The translations under genes were made by a program, and so were the position numbers. Source: Myxococcota bacterium (GTDB lineage Bacteria; Myxococcota; Myxococcia; Myxococcales; Myxococcaceae). Taken from it: a DNA stretch of 64,000 nt. This document shows, one piece after another, positions 1-9,865 of the stretch. Under the pieces are notes generated by a model that was not told where the DNA came from, made no database searches, and was given only the letters and a program-made list of their open reading frames with translations. The stretch spans positions 1 through 64,000 of the forward strand of contig JBMORE010000167.1 in assembly GCA_049322255.1 (NCBI GenBank). Direction: 5' to 3'. Position 1 is the stretch's first letter, and every line of letters starts with the position of its first letter.

Positions 1-329
1 TGATGGGCGGGGCCTTCGGCATCGCTCTGGGCACGGTGTGGTTCGGTGAGAGCATGTTCACCCGTGCCTCCGATGCCGGGAACGTCGCCCACGTCGTCTT
101 GAGCCAAAAGCTGCGCGCCTGGGGCTTCACCCTCATCGACTGCCAGCATCCGTCGGTGCACATGGCGCGCTTCGGGGGGGAGTCGTGGTCGCGCGCTCGC
201 TTCGAGGCCCATCTCGCGCAGGCGATGCGGGCGCCGACCAAGGTCGGGCCCTGGCAGCTGGACGAGCCGTGGCACCCGGGTGGGAAAACGCCGGGGCGGG
301 CGGTGGAGTCGTCGCTGCCGACTCAATGA
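1..329 (+). CDS. aat: Leucyl/phenylalanyl-tRNA--protein transferase, C-terminal part (5' end outside window)
   Basis: GGAFGIALG..FGESMF and WGFTLIDCQ..HMARFG motifs typical of L/F-transferase. Confidence 0.88.
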   Translation, partial: MGGAFGIALGTVWFGESMFTRASDAGNVAHVVLSQKLRAWGFTLIDCQHPSVHMARFGGESWSRARFEAHLAQAMRAPTKVGPWQLDEPWHPGGKTPGRAVESSLPTQ

Positions 330-1516
330 AAGGTGCCGCGCAGCCCGAGCGCCGCGCCGTTCCACCCCCGGGCGTCGGCCAGAGGCATGAGGGCCGGCTC
401 GACGCGCGGGCCGAGCACCATCGTCGCGTCCGTTGGCACCGAGTCGATGCTCGCCGTCGCGAGGAAGCTGACGCCCAGCCCCAGCACCGAGCCGAAGAAC
501 AGCCCGGGCACAGGGTTACGGCCGCCGGTGACGGCGGTGGCCATGAGCACTCCGATGACTGCTCCTCCGTAGCCGCCCCAGGTCGTCACTCGTACCCGCT
601 CGAGCGTCACCTCGGTTTGCATCGCCAGCAACAGCCCCAGGCCCAGCCCGCTGTACAGGCCCATCATTCCCGCCGTGCCCACGGTTTGGCTGGACGGACC
701 GCCGCAGCAGATGGTCGGGTCGTGGAAGGCGAAGGCGCCGGTGATGCCCAGCACCATGCCCCAGAAGCCGAAGTCGCGGACCAGCTGGGTGTCGCCCGGG
801 TCGAGGTCCAGCTTCATCGCCAAAATCGCGGCTGCCGGAACCGCCACCACGCCTGCGAGCACCGAGGCCAGCGCCATGGTGCGGCTGTCGGGATTCGGCC
901 AGAGGGCCAAGAGGGTCAAGGTGGTCGCCGCCGGCAGGTAAGAGCTGACCATCAGCGCCAGCGGCAAATCTCCGCGGTCGGGGCTCATCGTGTAGAGAAA
1001 GGCGATGGCCGCCCCCGTGTACACGAGCGAGCCTGCGACGATCGGCGTCACCGTCGCTGCGGTGTCGAAGGTCGGGTTGGCCAGGCCGTAGGAGACGCCG
1101 ACGGAGGCACCGTAGAGAAAGGCGGTGACGCCGAAGTCCAGCTTCTCCCAGGTGCTCAGCCGCAGCCGCTCCTGAGTCTTCGTCGAGTATGGTTCCAGCT
1201 GGTAGACGAGGTCATCGCGCGCGCCGGTGACGAGCTGGCGGCCCGCGGCCAACCGCAGGGCCTTGAGCACGCGCTCTGCCGCGTGGGCCTCCGGCGTTTC
1301 GGCGAACTCCCGCGCGATGCGCTCGTACAACAGGCGCGCCTTGTCCAGCTCGCCTCGGTCCAGCGCGGCGTCGGCTTCGGCCAACAGCTCCAGCGACGGC
1401 AAAGCCGCGGGCTGCGGAGGGGGTGAAGGCGGCGCAAGGAGGGGAACGCGCGATTCGGGCTGGGCCAGCGCCGACGGTGCGACGAGCAGAAAGACTGCCC
1501 CGAGAAGAAATCTCAC
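323..1516 (-). CDS. Exported/membrane protein with N-terminal TPR-like helix pair and Gly-rich hydrophobic C-terminal region
   Basis: GTG at 1516 preceded by GGAGG; signal peptide (FLLGAVFLLVAPSALA); LLAEADAALDRGELDKARLLYERI is TPR-like; many Gly/hydrophobic segments. Confidence 0.7.
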   Translation of the reverse strand: MRFLLGAVFLLVAPSALAQPESRVPLLAPPSPPPQPAALPSLELLAEADAALDRGELDKARLLYERIAREFAETPEAHAAERVLKALRLAAGRQLVTGARDDLVYQLEPYSTKTQERLRLSTWEKLDFGVTAFLYGASVGVSYGLANPTFDTAATVTPIVAGSLVYTGAAIAFLYTMSPDRGDLPLALMVSSYLPAATTLTLLALWPNPDSRTMALASVLAGVVAVPAAAILAMKLDLDPGDTQLVRDFGFWGMVLGITGAFAFHDPTICCGGPSSQTVGTAGMMGLYSGLGLGLLLAMQTEVTLERVRVTTWGGYGGAVIGVLMATAVTGGRNPVPGLFFGSVLGLGVSFLATASIDSVPTDATMVLGPRVEPALMPLADARGWNGAALGLRGTFH

Positions 1517-1631
1517 TGAAACCCTCCGCCAGCCCTTCGTGCAAGCAACGTTCCGTTCGCGGACAAGAGGGCGAGAAGGGCGGAGAGCGGCCGCGAGCCA
1601 GACAGCACTGTCATACCCTGGTGGATTTTCC

Positions 1632-1772
1632 GCTACTAGCCCACTGGTCAGCCGGGCGAAAGTGCGGTGGCGTTGCCGTCGAGCCATCGAACACGTACCA
1701 GCTGGCGGGTGGCTGGCGCGCGAAGGCAGCATCACGTTCGCCCAAAACCAGGCGCCGGCCCAGGTGCCGTAG
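1632..1772 (-). pseudogene. Degraded copy of the last ~50 codons of the Cys-rich gene at 2747-4678
   Basis: Aligns to 2746-2906 (shared run gctggcgcgcgaaggcagcatcacgttcgccca) with several indels. Confidence 0.85.
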
Positions 1773-1872
1773 AACGCGTCCGGTAATTCGGCGACCTCCG
1801 CGAGCGTGACGGGTGCGGCTCGGGAGAGCCGGAACCCTACTCGCCTCGGCGGAGTGGCGCCCCAAACCGGCC

Positions 1873-1904
1873 GACCCTGGGTGGGTGCCGGGGTCTTTTG
1901 CTTT
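1873..1904 (+). terminator. Candidate intrinsic terminator
   Basis: Stem GACCCTGG/CCGGGGTC (one G-U pair), 7-nt loop, followed by TTTTGCTTT. Confidence 0.45.
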
Positions 1905-2199
1905 CATTTCTTTATCATAAGTAAAAAATACGCTACGGATTCGTGCTAAAAACAAATGTCTAGCCAATGGAGGCCCAGGGCAGGCCCCGAGCCTCGGACC
2001 AAACGCTCACTTGCCGCTCCCGAGTGCGACGGCTGCGGCACGGCGCTTTCCCGGCGCGCAGTGCCTGAGTCCTGCAAGGAGGATGGTCGCTTGCGCGGCG
2101 GGAGTCGACAGGCTCGCTCGCAGTGCCCTGCTCGCGCGTGAAGAGCGAGGGGACGTCGCATGGCCTTGCGCAGCAGCGGGTCAAAGGTCTTCGGGCTCG

Positions 2200-2723
2200 G
2201 ACGAGGTGCTGTCCGGCTCGGAAGGAGCCGACTCGGCATCGGCGGGAACCGTGGCCTGTGTGACGCACACCGGTGCCACGTCATGGTTCCATGGTCCGTG
2301 AATCGGTGGTGGCGCATGCAACAAATCAGCTCCGCGAGGAGGTCGGCGTTTCCCCTATTGATGTAGCGCTGGGCCAGAAAATTGAGGGCTCCCCGAAGGT
2401 AAATTTTCTCTTCGGCAGTGAATAGGAGTGGAAGATGCGCCGCTGATACGGCCCACGTTGGCGCATGTGGTAAGTGGCGTCCTGTTTGAACCAGCGGTCA
2501 TTGATCTCGAGCATGTCGTGGGAGCGGTCCTCGTGGGCGATGAGCGTCACTTGCCGGACCCGCTCCAGAATCAGCTCCTGGTCGTCGCCCTCGGAGCATC
2601 CAAGAGCTCGACCAGGGCGCCAGCATCCGGCGGGGGAGCTGTTGCCGTGGTCTGCGCCCTGTACGGGCAGGCGCAGGAGCTGAAGGCCGACAGAGTCAAG
2701 GCGAGAGGTGCGCGCAACCGCAT
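2200..2723 (-). pseudogene. Probable frameshifted lipoprotein gene (3' boundary approximate)
   Basis: ATG 2723 gives lipoprotein-like leader MRLRAPLALTLSAFSSCAC but stops at 2571; protein-like sequence continues in a second frame (EGDDQELILERVRQVTLIAHED...) and apparently a third (QRYINRGNADLLAELICC). Confidence 0.4.
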
Positions 2724-2746
2724 GTTCTTTCCGCGCGAAGGGAGCC

Positions 2747-4678
2747 TTACTGGCCACTGGCCAGTTGAGTGAAAGTATCGCCGGTGTTGGCGGTGGCGTC
2801 GCCGTTGCCGTCGACCCACTCGAACACGTACCAGCTGTCGGGGTAGCTGGCGCGCGAAGGCAGCATCACGTTCGCCCAGAACCAGGCGCCGGCCTGGGTC
2901 CCGTAGCCGCCGCTGCACGCGCCGTAGCTGATGAGCGCCAGGGTGCCGTTGACCGGGTCGGTGACGAGCTCGACCACGAAGTGGTCTTTCCCTGGGCTGC
3001 ACTGCGCCTGCGGCAAGGTAGAGACCGTCGTCCCGTCCGCGCGCTTCTTGAAGTACAGCTCGGTGGTGCCGTTCTGGTCGAAGTAGATTTTGGTCGTCTG
3101 GCGGGTGCGCTCGAGCCACTTGACCACCTTGCTCGGCCAGGGGCCTCCGGCGAGCACGTAGGTGGCGCCGCTGCCGGCCAGCGGAGCCCCGGTCGTCTGG
3201 TCGACCAAGGCGGGGTTGGTCTGCTGGCTGTAGGTGAGCTGCGTCTGGGTGGAGCAGTTCTGCACGATGGTGGAGGCGAGCACGTTGGCCGCCCCGTCGT
3301 CGATGGCGATGCCGTCGTAGATGACGAACACGCGCCGGTTGGCGCAGAAGTTGGGGAAGGTCTGCGGCCGGCAGGCGGCTCCGTCACAGAAATGGTCGGC
3401 CGGGCAGGCGACGTTGCACCCACCGCAGGAGATGAGGGTAGAGAGGCTCTGGCAGTTTCCGGTGCAGCAGCCTTCGCCAAGGGTGCAGCCGTTGCCGCAG
3501 GCGCCGCAGTTCTGCACCGTGTCCAACCGCACGCAGGTGCCATTGCAGCAGCTCTCTCCCACCGCGCACACGTTGCCGCAGGCGCCGCAGTGGCTCACAT
3601 CGCTTTGGGTATTCACACAGCGTAACGCGCAGCAGCTGTCGGAGCCGCCGCAGGGGTTCTGCGCTCCACAGGCATCGACGCAGGCACCGCCCTGGCACAC
3701 CTTGCCGGCCGCGCACTGTCCATCGGAGGTGCAGGAGGCACAGGAGTGGTCGGCCAGGCATTGGCCGCTGGGGCAGTCGGCGTTCGACTTGCAGCCGCGT
3801 TCGCAGACGAAGTCGGGACGGCAGTAGAAGCCGCTGGGGCAGTTGTCGGTCGGCCCAGGCAGACAGGAGACGCAGGCGTGGGAGGAGAGGTTGCAGCGGG
3901 CGCCGTTGCACTGAGCGTCGGTGAGGCAGCTGACGCACTGACCCGTGCTGGTGTCGCATACCAGGCCGGTGGGGCAGGAGTGGCTCGCGTTGCAGCCGGG
4001 CACGCAGGTATTGGCCTGACAGACGAAGCCGCTGGGACAGTGGGAGTCGCTGGTGCATGCCACGCAGACGTGGGTCACCGGGTTGCACACCGGGGCGCCC
4101 TGCGGGCAGTGCGAATTCTGGGTACAGCCCACGCACTGGTGGGTGGCTGGATCGCAGCGGGGCAGCCCAGGGTTTTGACAGTCGACGTCCGCGGTGCACG
4201 CCACGCAGGCGCCGCTGGTCACGTTGCACACCAGACCGGAAGGGCACAGCGGGCGCGCGGCCGAGCACCCGGGGACGCAGACGTTCTGCTCCGAGCACAG
4301 GCGGCCGACGCCGCAGTCCCCGTCCTCCACGCACTCCACGCAGGCATTGCTCCCCGGCAAGCACTTCATGCCCACCGGGCAGCTGCCGTTGGCGTCGGAG
4401 CATCCGGGCACGCACAGCCCTTCGGTGCTGCACACCTGGCCGGCGGAGCACTGCTCGTCGTGGCCACACTGGGCGCAGGTGCCATCAGACCGGCAGATGC
4501 CCGTGGGGCACTGCTCGGGAAGGACGCACTCTACGCACTCACCGGTCAACGGCTCGCAGCGTCCCTTCCCGGGAAAATCGCAGTCGAGGTCGGAGACGCA
4601 CTGCGCAGGCGCGGCGCATTGACAGGCACCCCCCGCCAGCGCGAGGGCGAAGAGGGCAAGAAGCAACGGCTTGGACAT
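2747..4678 (-). CDS. Secreted/lipoprotein Cys-rich repeat protein with Cys-poor C-terminal domain
   Basis: ATG 4678, leader MSKPLLLALFALALAGGAC; tandem CVxCxxDxxC repeats, then CGACGNxC (Stig1-like) repeats, then a ~200-aa Cys-poor domain. Confidence 0.85.
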   Translation of the reverse strand: MSKPLLLALFALALAGGACQCAAPAQCVSDLDCDFPGKGRCEPLTGECVECVLPEQCPTGICRSDGTCAQCGHDEQCSAGQVCSTEGLCVPGCSDANGSCPVGMKCLPGSNACVECVEDGDCGVGRLCSEQNVCVPGCSAARPLCPSGLVCNVTSGACVACTADVDCQNPGLPRCDPATHQCVGCTQNSHCPQGAPVCNPVTHVCVACTSDSHCPSGFVCQANTCVPGCNASHSCPTGLVCDTSTGQCVSCLTDAQCNGARCNLSSHACVSCLPGPTDNCPSGFYCRPDFVCERGCKSNADCPSGQCLADHSCASCTSDGQCAAGKVCQGGACVDACGAQNPCGGSDSCCALRCVNTQSDVSHCGACGNVCAVGESCCNGTCVRLDTVQNCGACGNGCTLGEGCCTGNCQSLSTLISCGGCNVACPADHFCDGAACRPQTFPNFCANRRVFVIYDGIAIDDGAANVLASTIVQNCSTQTQLTYSQQTNPALVDQTTGAPLAGSGATYVLAGGPWPSKVVKWLERTRQTTKIYFDQNGTTELYFKKRADGTTVSTLPQAQCSPGKDHFVVELVTDPVNGTLALISYGACSGGYGTQAGAWFWANVMLPSRASYPDSWYVFEWVDGNGDATANTGDTFTQLASGQ

Positions 4679-4768
4679 CTGGAGGACTCCGGTGAAGCAG
4701 GCGAGGGCGTGCTTGCTTGTACCGGCAGGCGAGGGTGGGCTCAAGCCCCGCCCGGTTTCCAAACGAAG

Positions 4769-6847
4769 TCAGCGGGTTGGCGCGCTCGCAGCGTCCACGG
4801 CAAAGCTGCTCGCCCTCACCTGCGGTAGCTCGACCAGAAAGGTGGAGCCCTTCCCGGGAGCGCTGTCGAGCTCCACGCGGCCGCCCATGCTTTCCACGAA
4901 CTGACGGACAATCCACAGCCCCAAGCCGATGCCGCCGATGTGGCGCCCCGGCACCGCGCGCTCGAAGCGCTGAAAGATGCGCTCCTGTGCCTCGGGCGCG
5001 ATGCCGATTCCCTCATCACGCACGGTGAGGTGCACTTGCCCAGAGCGCTCCTCCAGGGACAGCGACACCGGCTTTCCCTTGCCGTACTTGAGCGCGTTGG
5101 AGAGCAGGTTGTCGATCACCTGGTCCATCCGCAGGCGATCCCACCGGCCCCACAGCGGACCTTCGACGTGGACCCACAGCGGGGTGCCGGTGCGGCGGGC
5201 GTCCTCCTGGTGGCGCTCGGCCACCTCGCGGGCCAGCTGTGCCAAATCGAGGTCTTCGAGCTCGAGGTCCAGCCGGCTGGCGTTGATGCGTGACACGTCG
5301 AGCAGGTTGGCGATCAGCCGGACCATGCGGTTGGCTTGCCGCTCGACGCTGGAGAGCTTGGTGGATACGAGCTCCACGTCGGCCGAGCTGGAGAGGTGTT
5401 TCTTGAGCGTGTCCACCTGCAGCTTGAGCGAGGTGAGGGGGGTGCGCAGCTCGTGCGAGGCGATGGAGCAGAAGTTCTCGTGCGCGCGTACGGCCAGCTC
5501 GGCAGCCTCGCGCGCCGCTTGCTCGTGCAAGAGTGCCACCTGCACCTCTTGGGCACGCTTTTGCTCGGTGATGTCCTCGGCGGTGCCAATCATCCGCACC
5601 ACCCGACCGTCCTCGTCGCGCACGACGGCGCCGCGCCCGCGCACCATGCGGGTCTCACCGCTGGCGAGGTTCAAGCGGTGCTCGAGCCAAAAGGGTCTGC
5701 CGCTACGCAGCGACGCTTCGACGGTGGCTTCTACTTTCGGCGCCTCATCTTCGGGCAAAAGCCGCAGATACTCCTCGAAGGTAGGAGTCAAGCTCCCCGG
5801 CTCCAGCCCGAAGATGCGGTACAGCTCGTCGGACCAGGTGATGCGGTCGGCGCCCACGTCCCACTCCCAGCTGCCGATGTGCGCCAGGTGCTGCGCTTCC
5901 GCCAGCTGGGCTTCGCTGCGGCGAAGACGGTGCTCGACCGCCTTGCGCCGGCTGATGTCGCGGAAGATGCGGGAGGCGCCCGCCAGCTCTCCGGTGGCTT
6001 TGTGGATGGGCGAGAGGCTGAGCGAGACATCGATGAGGTGCCCCTCTTTGTGACGCCGTCGGGTCTCGAAGGGCTCGACGCGCACCCCTCGGGTCACTTG
6101 CTCGGTCAACAGCTCGCTCTCGTGGTCGTCTCCTGGCGGCAAAAGCAGCGAGACGCTCTTGCCCAGCACCTCCTGAGCGGAGTAACCGAAGACAGCGGTG
6201 GCGGCGGCGTTCCAGCTTTCGATGACGCCCTCGATGGTGGTGCCGACGATGGCGTCGTTCGACGACTCGACGATCGAGCCCAACCGGGCCTGCACCTCCT
6301 CGACCTTTTTCCGCTCGGCACGCTGCCCTCTCACCTGCGCCTCATGCGCGAGGGTGGCACCCATGGCAGCGGTCAGGCCGATGAACGTCACCCGCACCGC
6401 CAGCTCTGGGAGCAGTGGCGCGAGCTGCGCGAGCCAGGCAGCGAGGGCGAGGTACGAGAGCCCGTAGACGGCGGCGACCAGCGCGGTGGCACGCGCCGAG
6501 CCGCGTATCGCTACGGAGAGAACTGAAAGGTAGAAAATCAAGAAGAAGGGCGAGCGGGCGCCGCCGGTCGCGGTGAGCCAGAGCAAGGTCAGCGCGCCGT
6601 CCATCATCACGGTGGCGTAGGTTTGGATGAGCCACGGGGAGCGCCGGTAAGGTTGCGCCCAGTACATCCACGCGCCGTAGACCCACCCCACCACGAGCGA
6701 CGGGTAGGCGAGCCAGGGGAGGGTGCTTTCCCTGTCGAGGAAGAGGGGAAGGAGCGCTGTCCCCGAGGCGAGCACCAACAAACGCACCCCGGAAATCACT
6801 CGTTCGGCATCGAGAAGGTGCTGGCTGGACTTCTCGGAAAAGCTCAT
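4769..6847 (-). CDS. Membrane sensor histidine kinase with two PAS domains
   Basis: N-terminal TM helices; PAS (IVESSNDAIV..SWN) and PAS_3 (GSWEWD..WSDELYRIFG); H-box ASHELRTPL; N box NLLSNALKY; G boxes DEGIG and GIGLGL. Confidence 0.93.
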   Translation of the reverse strand: MSFSEKSSQHLLDAERVISGVRLLVLASGTALLPLFLDRESTLPWLAYPSLVVGWVYGAWMYWAQPYRRSPWLIQTYATVMMDGALTLLWLTATGGARSPFFLIFYLSVLSVAIRGSARATALVAAVYGLSYLALAAWLAQLAPLLPELAVRVTFIGLTAAMGATLAHEAQVRGQRAERKKVEEVQARLGSIVESSNDAIVGTTIEGVIESWNAAATAVFGYSAQEVLGKSVSLLLPPGDDHESELLTEQVTRGVRVEPFETRRRHKEGHLIDVSLSLSPIHKATGELAGASRIFRDISRRKAVEHRLRRSEAQLAEAQHLAHIGSWEWDVGADRITWSDELYRIFGLEPGSLTPTFEEYLRLLPEDEAPKVEATVEASLRSGRPFWLEHRLNLASGETRMVRGRGAVVRDEDGRVVRMIGTAEDITEQKRAQEVQVALLHEQAAREAAELAVRAHENFCSIASHELRTPLTSLKLQVDTLKKHLSSSADVELVSTKLSSVERQANRMVRLIANLLDVSRINASRLDLELEDLDLAQLAREVAERHQEDARRTGTPLWVHVEGPLWGRWDRLRMDQVIDNLLSNALKYGKGKPVSLSLEERSGQVHLTVRDEGIGIAPEAQERIFQRFERAVPGRHIGGIGLGLWIVRQFVESMGGRVELDSAPGKGSTFLVELPQVRASSFAVDAASAPTR

Positions 6848-6993
6848 CGCCTGCTTCCATATAATCCGCTGCGTTCCTGCCGCATGCCCGCGGCCCCGCC
6901 TCAGGGTTGTGTCGCAGGGCCCGGAAGCCCGCAGGACAGTCGTTCGAGCGCACGCGGTGGATGACTCGGAAGCGCCCACCGGTTGGCGCAGCC

Positions 6994-7542
6994 ATGAAAA
7001 CCACCGCGCTCGCCGTCGTCCTCGCCGCCGTCGCCGCTTTCCCCGCCCACGCCCTCGGCGTCCAAGGCATGCCTCCCCAAGCGGAGTTTGGGGGACAGCC
7101 GCTGGTGCTCAACGGGGCCGCTACCCAGAAGGTGCTGTGGGCCAAGCTGTACACCGTGGGCCTCTACCTCGAAGAGCCCACCCGCGACGCCCATGAGGCG
7201 GTCGCCTCCGAGCAGACGAAGCTCTTGCGGCTCAAGGTGCTGCGCAATCTCTCCAAACGGCAGGTCGCCGCAGCCCTGCGGCAAGGTTTCGCACGGGGGG
7301 CCGGCAGCGCCTTCTCTACCCTCGAGCCACGCCTGGGCCAGTTGCTCGCCAAGCTGCGCGACGTGCGCAAGTCGGAAGAGCTCTTGCTGATGTACGTGCC
7401 CGGCCGAGGCACGGTGATGTCCGACGGCAAGCGGGTGCGGGTCGAGATTCCAGGCAAGGACTTCGCCGACGCCCTCTTCTCCATCTGGCTGGGGCCGAAC
7501 ACCGACGCCCCCCACATTCGGCGGGCGTTGCTGGGCAGGTAA
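6994..7542 (+). CDS. Chalcone isomerase-like periplasmic protein
   Basis: Signal peptide; LVLNGA..LYTVGLYL and IPGKDFADALFSIWLG..ALLG signatures. Confidence 0.85.
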   Translation: MKTTALAVVLAAVAAFPAHALGVQGMPPQAEFGGQPLVLNGAATQKVLWAKLYTVGLYLEEPTRDAHEAVASEQTKLLRLKVLRNLSKRQVAAALRQGFARGAGSAFSTLEPRLGQLLAKLRDVRKSEELLLMYVPGRGTVMSDGKRVRVEIPGKDFADALFSIWLGPNTDAPHIRRALLGR

Positions 7543-7546
7543 CCTT

Positions 7547-8671
7547 TCAGGGCAGCTCGCGCGCCGCTTGGCCGATGCGCTCCACCAGGGCGGACCCGAG
7601 GTCTTGATGGCAGGGCAGCTCGATGACCTCGCGGCGTAAGGAGTCGGTCACCGCGCACAGCCCCTTTGGCACGCTGGGGTGGCCGATGCGCCAAAAGTCG
7701 ATGGCCTGCACTCCGCGCTCGCGCAGCTTCGCCAGCGCTTCGTCACGGTCGCGAACGCGCAGGCCGTAGAAGAGTGGGCACACCCCGACAGGCAAGGTGG
7801 GCCAAGGCGTTCGCTCGGGCCCGAGGTGGCGGTGGAGGGTGCTCCAGTTCTCCCGCCGGCGGCGCACCACCTCCCCCGCGTCGCACTGCCCAAGGAGCCA
7901 ACGCGTCAGCCGGCTCATACGCACGTCGAGCACGCGCAGGTCGAGCGTCTGTGTTCCCACCGGCACAGCGGCCTTCAAGGCGCGACGCCGCGCCGGCCCC
8001 GCCACCTGACGCAGGGCGTTTCGCACCACTGTTCCCGCCCGGCCCAGCTGCCCCTCGACGCTCATCAAGAGCGAGCCGGTCGTCGAGGAGAGCGTCGAGA
8101 GAAGCGGCGGCGCCCTCGAGCTGGCTCCTTCTTCCGCGTCGGTTCGGCGCAGGAGCAAGGCGCCCCCGTGGGGGACCGGCAGCGTCTTGTAAAAGCAGAA
8201 GATGGCCGCTTCGCCCACGCTGCCCAAAGGCCGCTCGCCATCGTGCGAGAAGAGCGCGAGGGCGCAGTCCTCGAGAAGCGCGAGGTGGTGGCGTCTGGCC
8301 AGCTCCACCAGCGCGCCTAAGGGCTGGGGAAAGCCGGCGTAGTGGATGACGTAGAGCGCTCGGGTGCGGGGGCCGATGCGCCGCTCCACGTCGTCGAGGT
8401 CGAGCTCTGCCCGTGCGTTCAGCCGGGCGAAGCGCACCAAAGCCCCGGCCGCCAACAGCGCTTCCACCTCCACCCCGTGGTGGTAGGCCGGCACCACCAC
8501 TTCGGACCCGGCGAGCCCCAGTGCCCTCACCGCGCGGTGGACGGCGTTGCGCGCCAGATAGGTGGTCCACAAGCCTGGGTGACCCAGCGGGAAGGGGCGC
8601 ACCTGTTGCCTCTTGGGCCAAAGCTGGCTGGGCCACAGCGTGGGAAGAGGGAGGATGGGGGCAAGAGACAT
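7547..8671 (-). CDS. DegT/DnrJ/EryC1/StrS-family PLP-dependent sugar aminotransferase
   Basis: VIHYAG, LLEDCALA, IFCFYKTLPVPHGGAL (PLP Lys), IELPCHQ. Confidence 0.88.
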   Translation of the reverse strand: MSLAPILPLPTLWPSQLWPKRQQVRPFPLGHPGLWTTYLARNAVHRAVRALGLAGSEVVVPAYHHGVEVEALLAAGALVRFARLNARAELDLDDVERRIGPRTRALYVIHYAGFPQPLGALVELARRHHLALLEDCALALFSHDGERPLGSVGEAAIFCFYKTLPVPHGGALLLRRTDAEEGASSRAPPLLSTLSSTTGSLLMSVEGQLGRAGTVVRNALRQVAGPARRRALKAAVPVGTQTLDLRVLDVRMSRLTRWLLGQCDAGEVVRRRRENWSTLHRHLGPERTPWPTLPVGVCPLFYGLRVRDRDEALAKLRERGVQAIDFWRIGHPSVPKGLCAVTDSLRREVIELPCHQDLGSALVERIGQAARELP

Positions 8672-8689
8672 GGCGGCGCTTTTGCCCTT

Positions 8690-9865
8690 TTAGGGCGCGG
8701 AGGTGGTGCGAGGAGGGTCGGCTGGCGGGCGCTCGTGCCGGTGCGCCGGAGATTTGGGCGACAGGTCGGCTCGAACCGAGGCGTCGTCGCGCCGCAGCTC
8801 GTTCACCGCTCCGGCGAAGCCCGCGCGGGTGTCGCGGAAGAAGTGCCGGGTGAGCTCGAACGACAGCTCGGCCACCGTCACCGGCGCGCACACCCGGGGC
8901 AGCTCGAGCAGGTGGTTGCGCCGCGAGCACACCGAGGGCACGGTGGTCACCGCCGCGGAGAAATGGCGCCCGACCATCGCACTCACCCGGGCGTTGGTGT
9001 CGCCGTTGGGGTAGGCAAAGAGCGTGGGTCGCCGGCCCAGCTCGCGCTCCAGCGCCTCTTTGCACCCCGCCACCTCCGCCTCGGCGTCGGCCAGGCTCTG
9101 CCGCACCAAGATGGAATGGGTCACCCCGTGCCCACCGATGTCGAAGCCCATCGCGTGGAGCGCGCGCACCTCCTCCCAGGAGAGGAAGCGGTTCTCGTCG
9201 TCGACTTCCACCGGAGCCGCCCGGCGCAGGCGCTCCATCAGCTGCTCCACCTCGCGGGGCTCGAGGGTCTTCAAGAAGTCGACGCAGGCCGAGAGCAGCA
9301 CCTCGCGGGGCAGGCCACGCCCGCACAGGTCGGCCATCATCGGGTGGCCGAAGGCTCGTCCCAGCTCGGGGAGGGAGAAGCGCAAGAACATCTCTTCCAG
9401 CTCGTAGGCCCACATCCAGCGGTCGGTTCCAATCAATCCGGTGGAGACGAAGAAGGTCGCCGGCGCGCGGTGACGCCGAAGGACCGGAGCGGCGAGCAGG
9501 AGGTTGTTGCGGTAACCGTCGTCGAAGGTGATGGCCACCGCCCGGTCGGGCAGGCTTGCCTCGCCCGCCAGCCACTTCACCACCTGGGCGAGGGGCACGA
9601 GGGTGTGGTGGCGTGCCAGGTGGGTCAGGTGCTGGTCGAACTCGGCCACGCTCAACACCGGCTCTCCCCACAGGCCAGTCGGGCGTCGCTGCACCTTGTG
9701 GTAGAGCAGCACCACCACCGACGAGCTGCTCAACCGGTCGATGGCCGGGGACAACCCCACCCGGTGACCGAGCACCTTCACCCCTCGCCGAATCCAGGCA
9801 CGCAGACGTCGGCGAGTCTCCTGCCTGGCCTTGTTCACCAGGGCTTCGAGCTCTGTGGCGTTCAC
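8690..9865 (-). CDS. Polysaccharide deacetylase (NodB/CE4)
   Basis: LLYHKV, ITFDDGY, IGGHGVTH, FAYPNG motifs; start codon uncertain (GTG 9865 or 9838). Confidence 0.9.
   Translation of the reverse strand: MNATELEALVNKARQETRRRLRAWIRRGVKVLGHRVGLSPAIDRLSSSSVVVLLYHKVQRRPTGLWGEPVLSVAEFDQHLTHLARHHTLVPLAQVVKWLAGEASLPDRAVAITFDDGYRNNLLLAAPVLRRHRAPATFFVSTGLIGTDRWMWAYELEEMFLRFSLPELGRAFGHPMMADLCGRGLPREVLLSACVDFLKTLEPREVEQLMERLRRAAPVEVDDENRFLSWEEVRALHAMGFDIGGHGVTHSILVRQSLADAEAEVAGCKEALERELGRRPTLFAYPNGDTNARVSAMVGRHFSAAVTTVPSVCSRRNHLLELPRVCAPVTVAELSFELTRHFFRDTRAGFAGAVNELRRDDASVRADLSPKSPAHRHERPPADPPRTTSAP

Noticed and set aside
1811..1870. TPP or c-di-GMP riboswitch
   Set aside because: Lacks the CTGAGA/ACCTGA core of TPP and the GCAAA..GAAA..GACGCAAAGC core of c-di-GMP-I.
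1632..2906. Diversity-generating retroelement TR/VR pair
   Set aside because: Differences include indels and non-adenine changes, and no reverse transcriptase is present in the window.
2747..4678. TraA kin-recognition receptor
   Set aside because: Domain order is reversed, there is no MYXO-CTERM tail, and no adjacent OmpA-domain traB.
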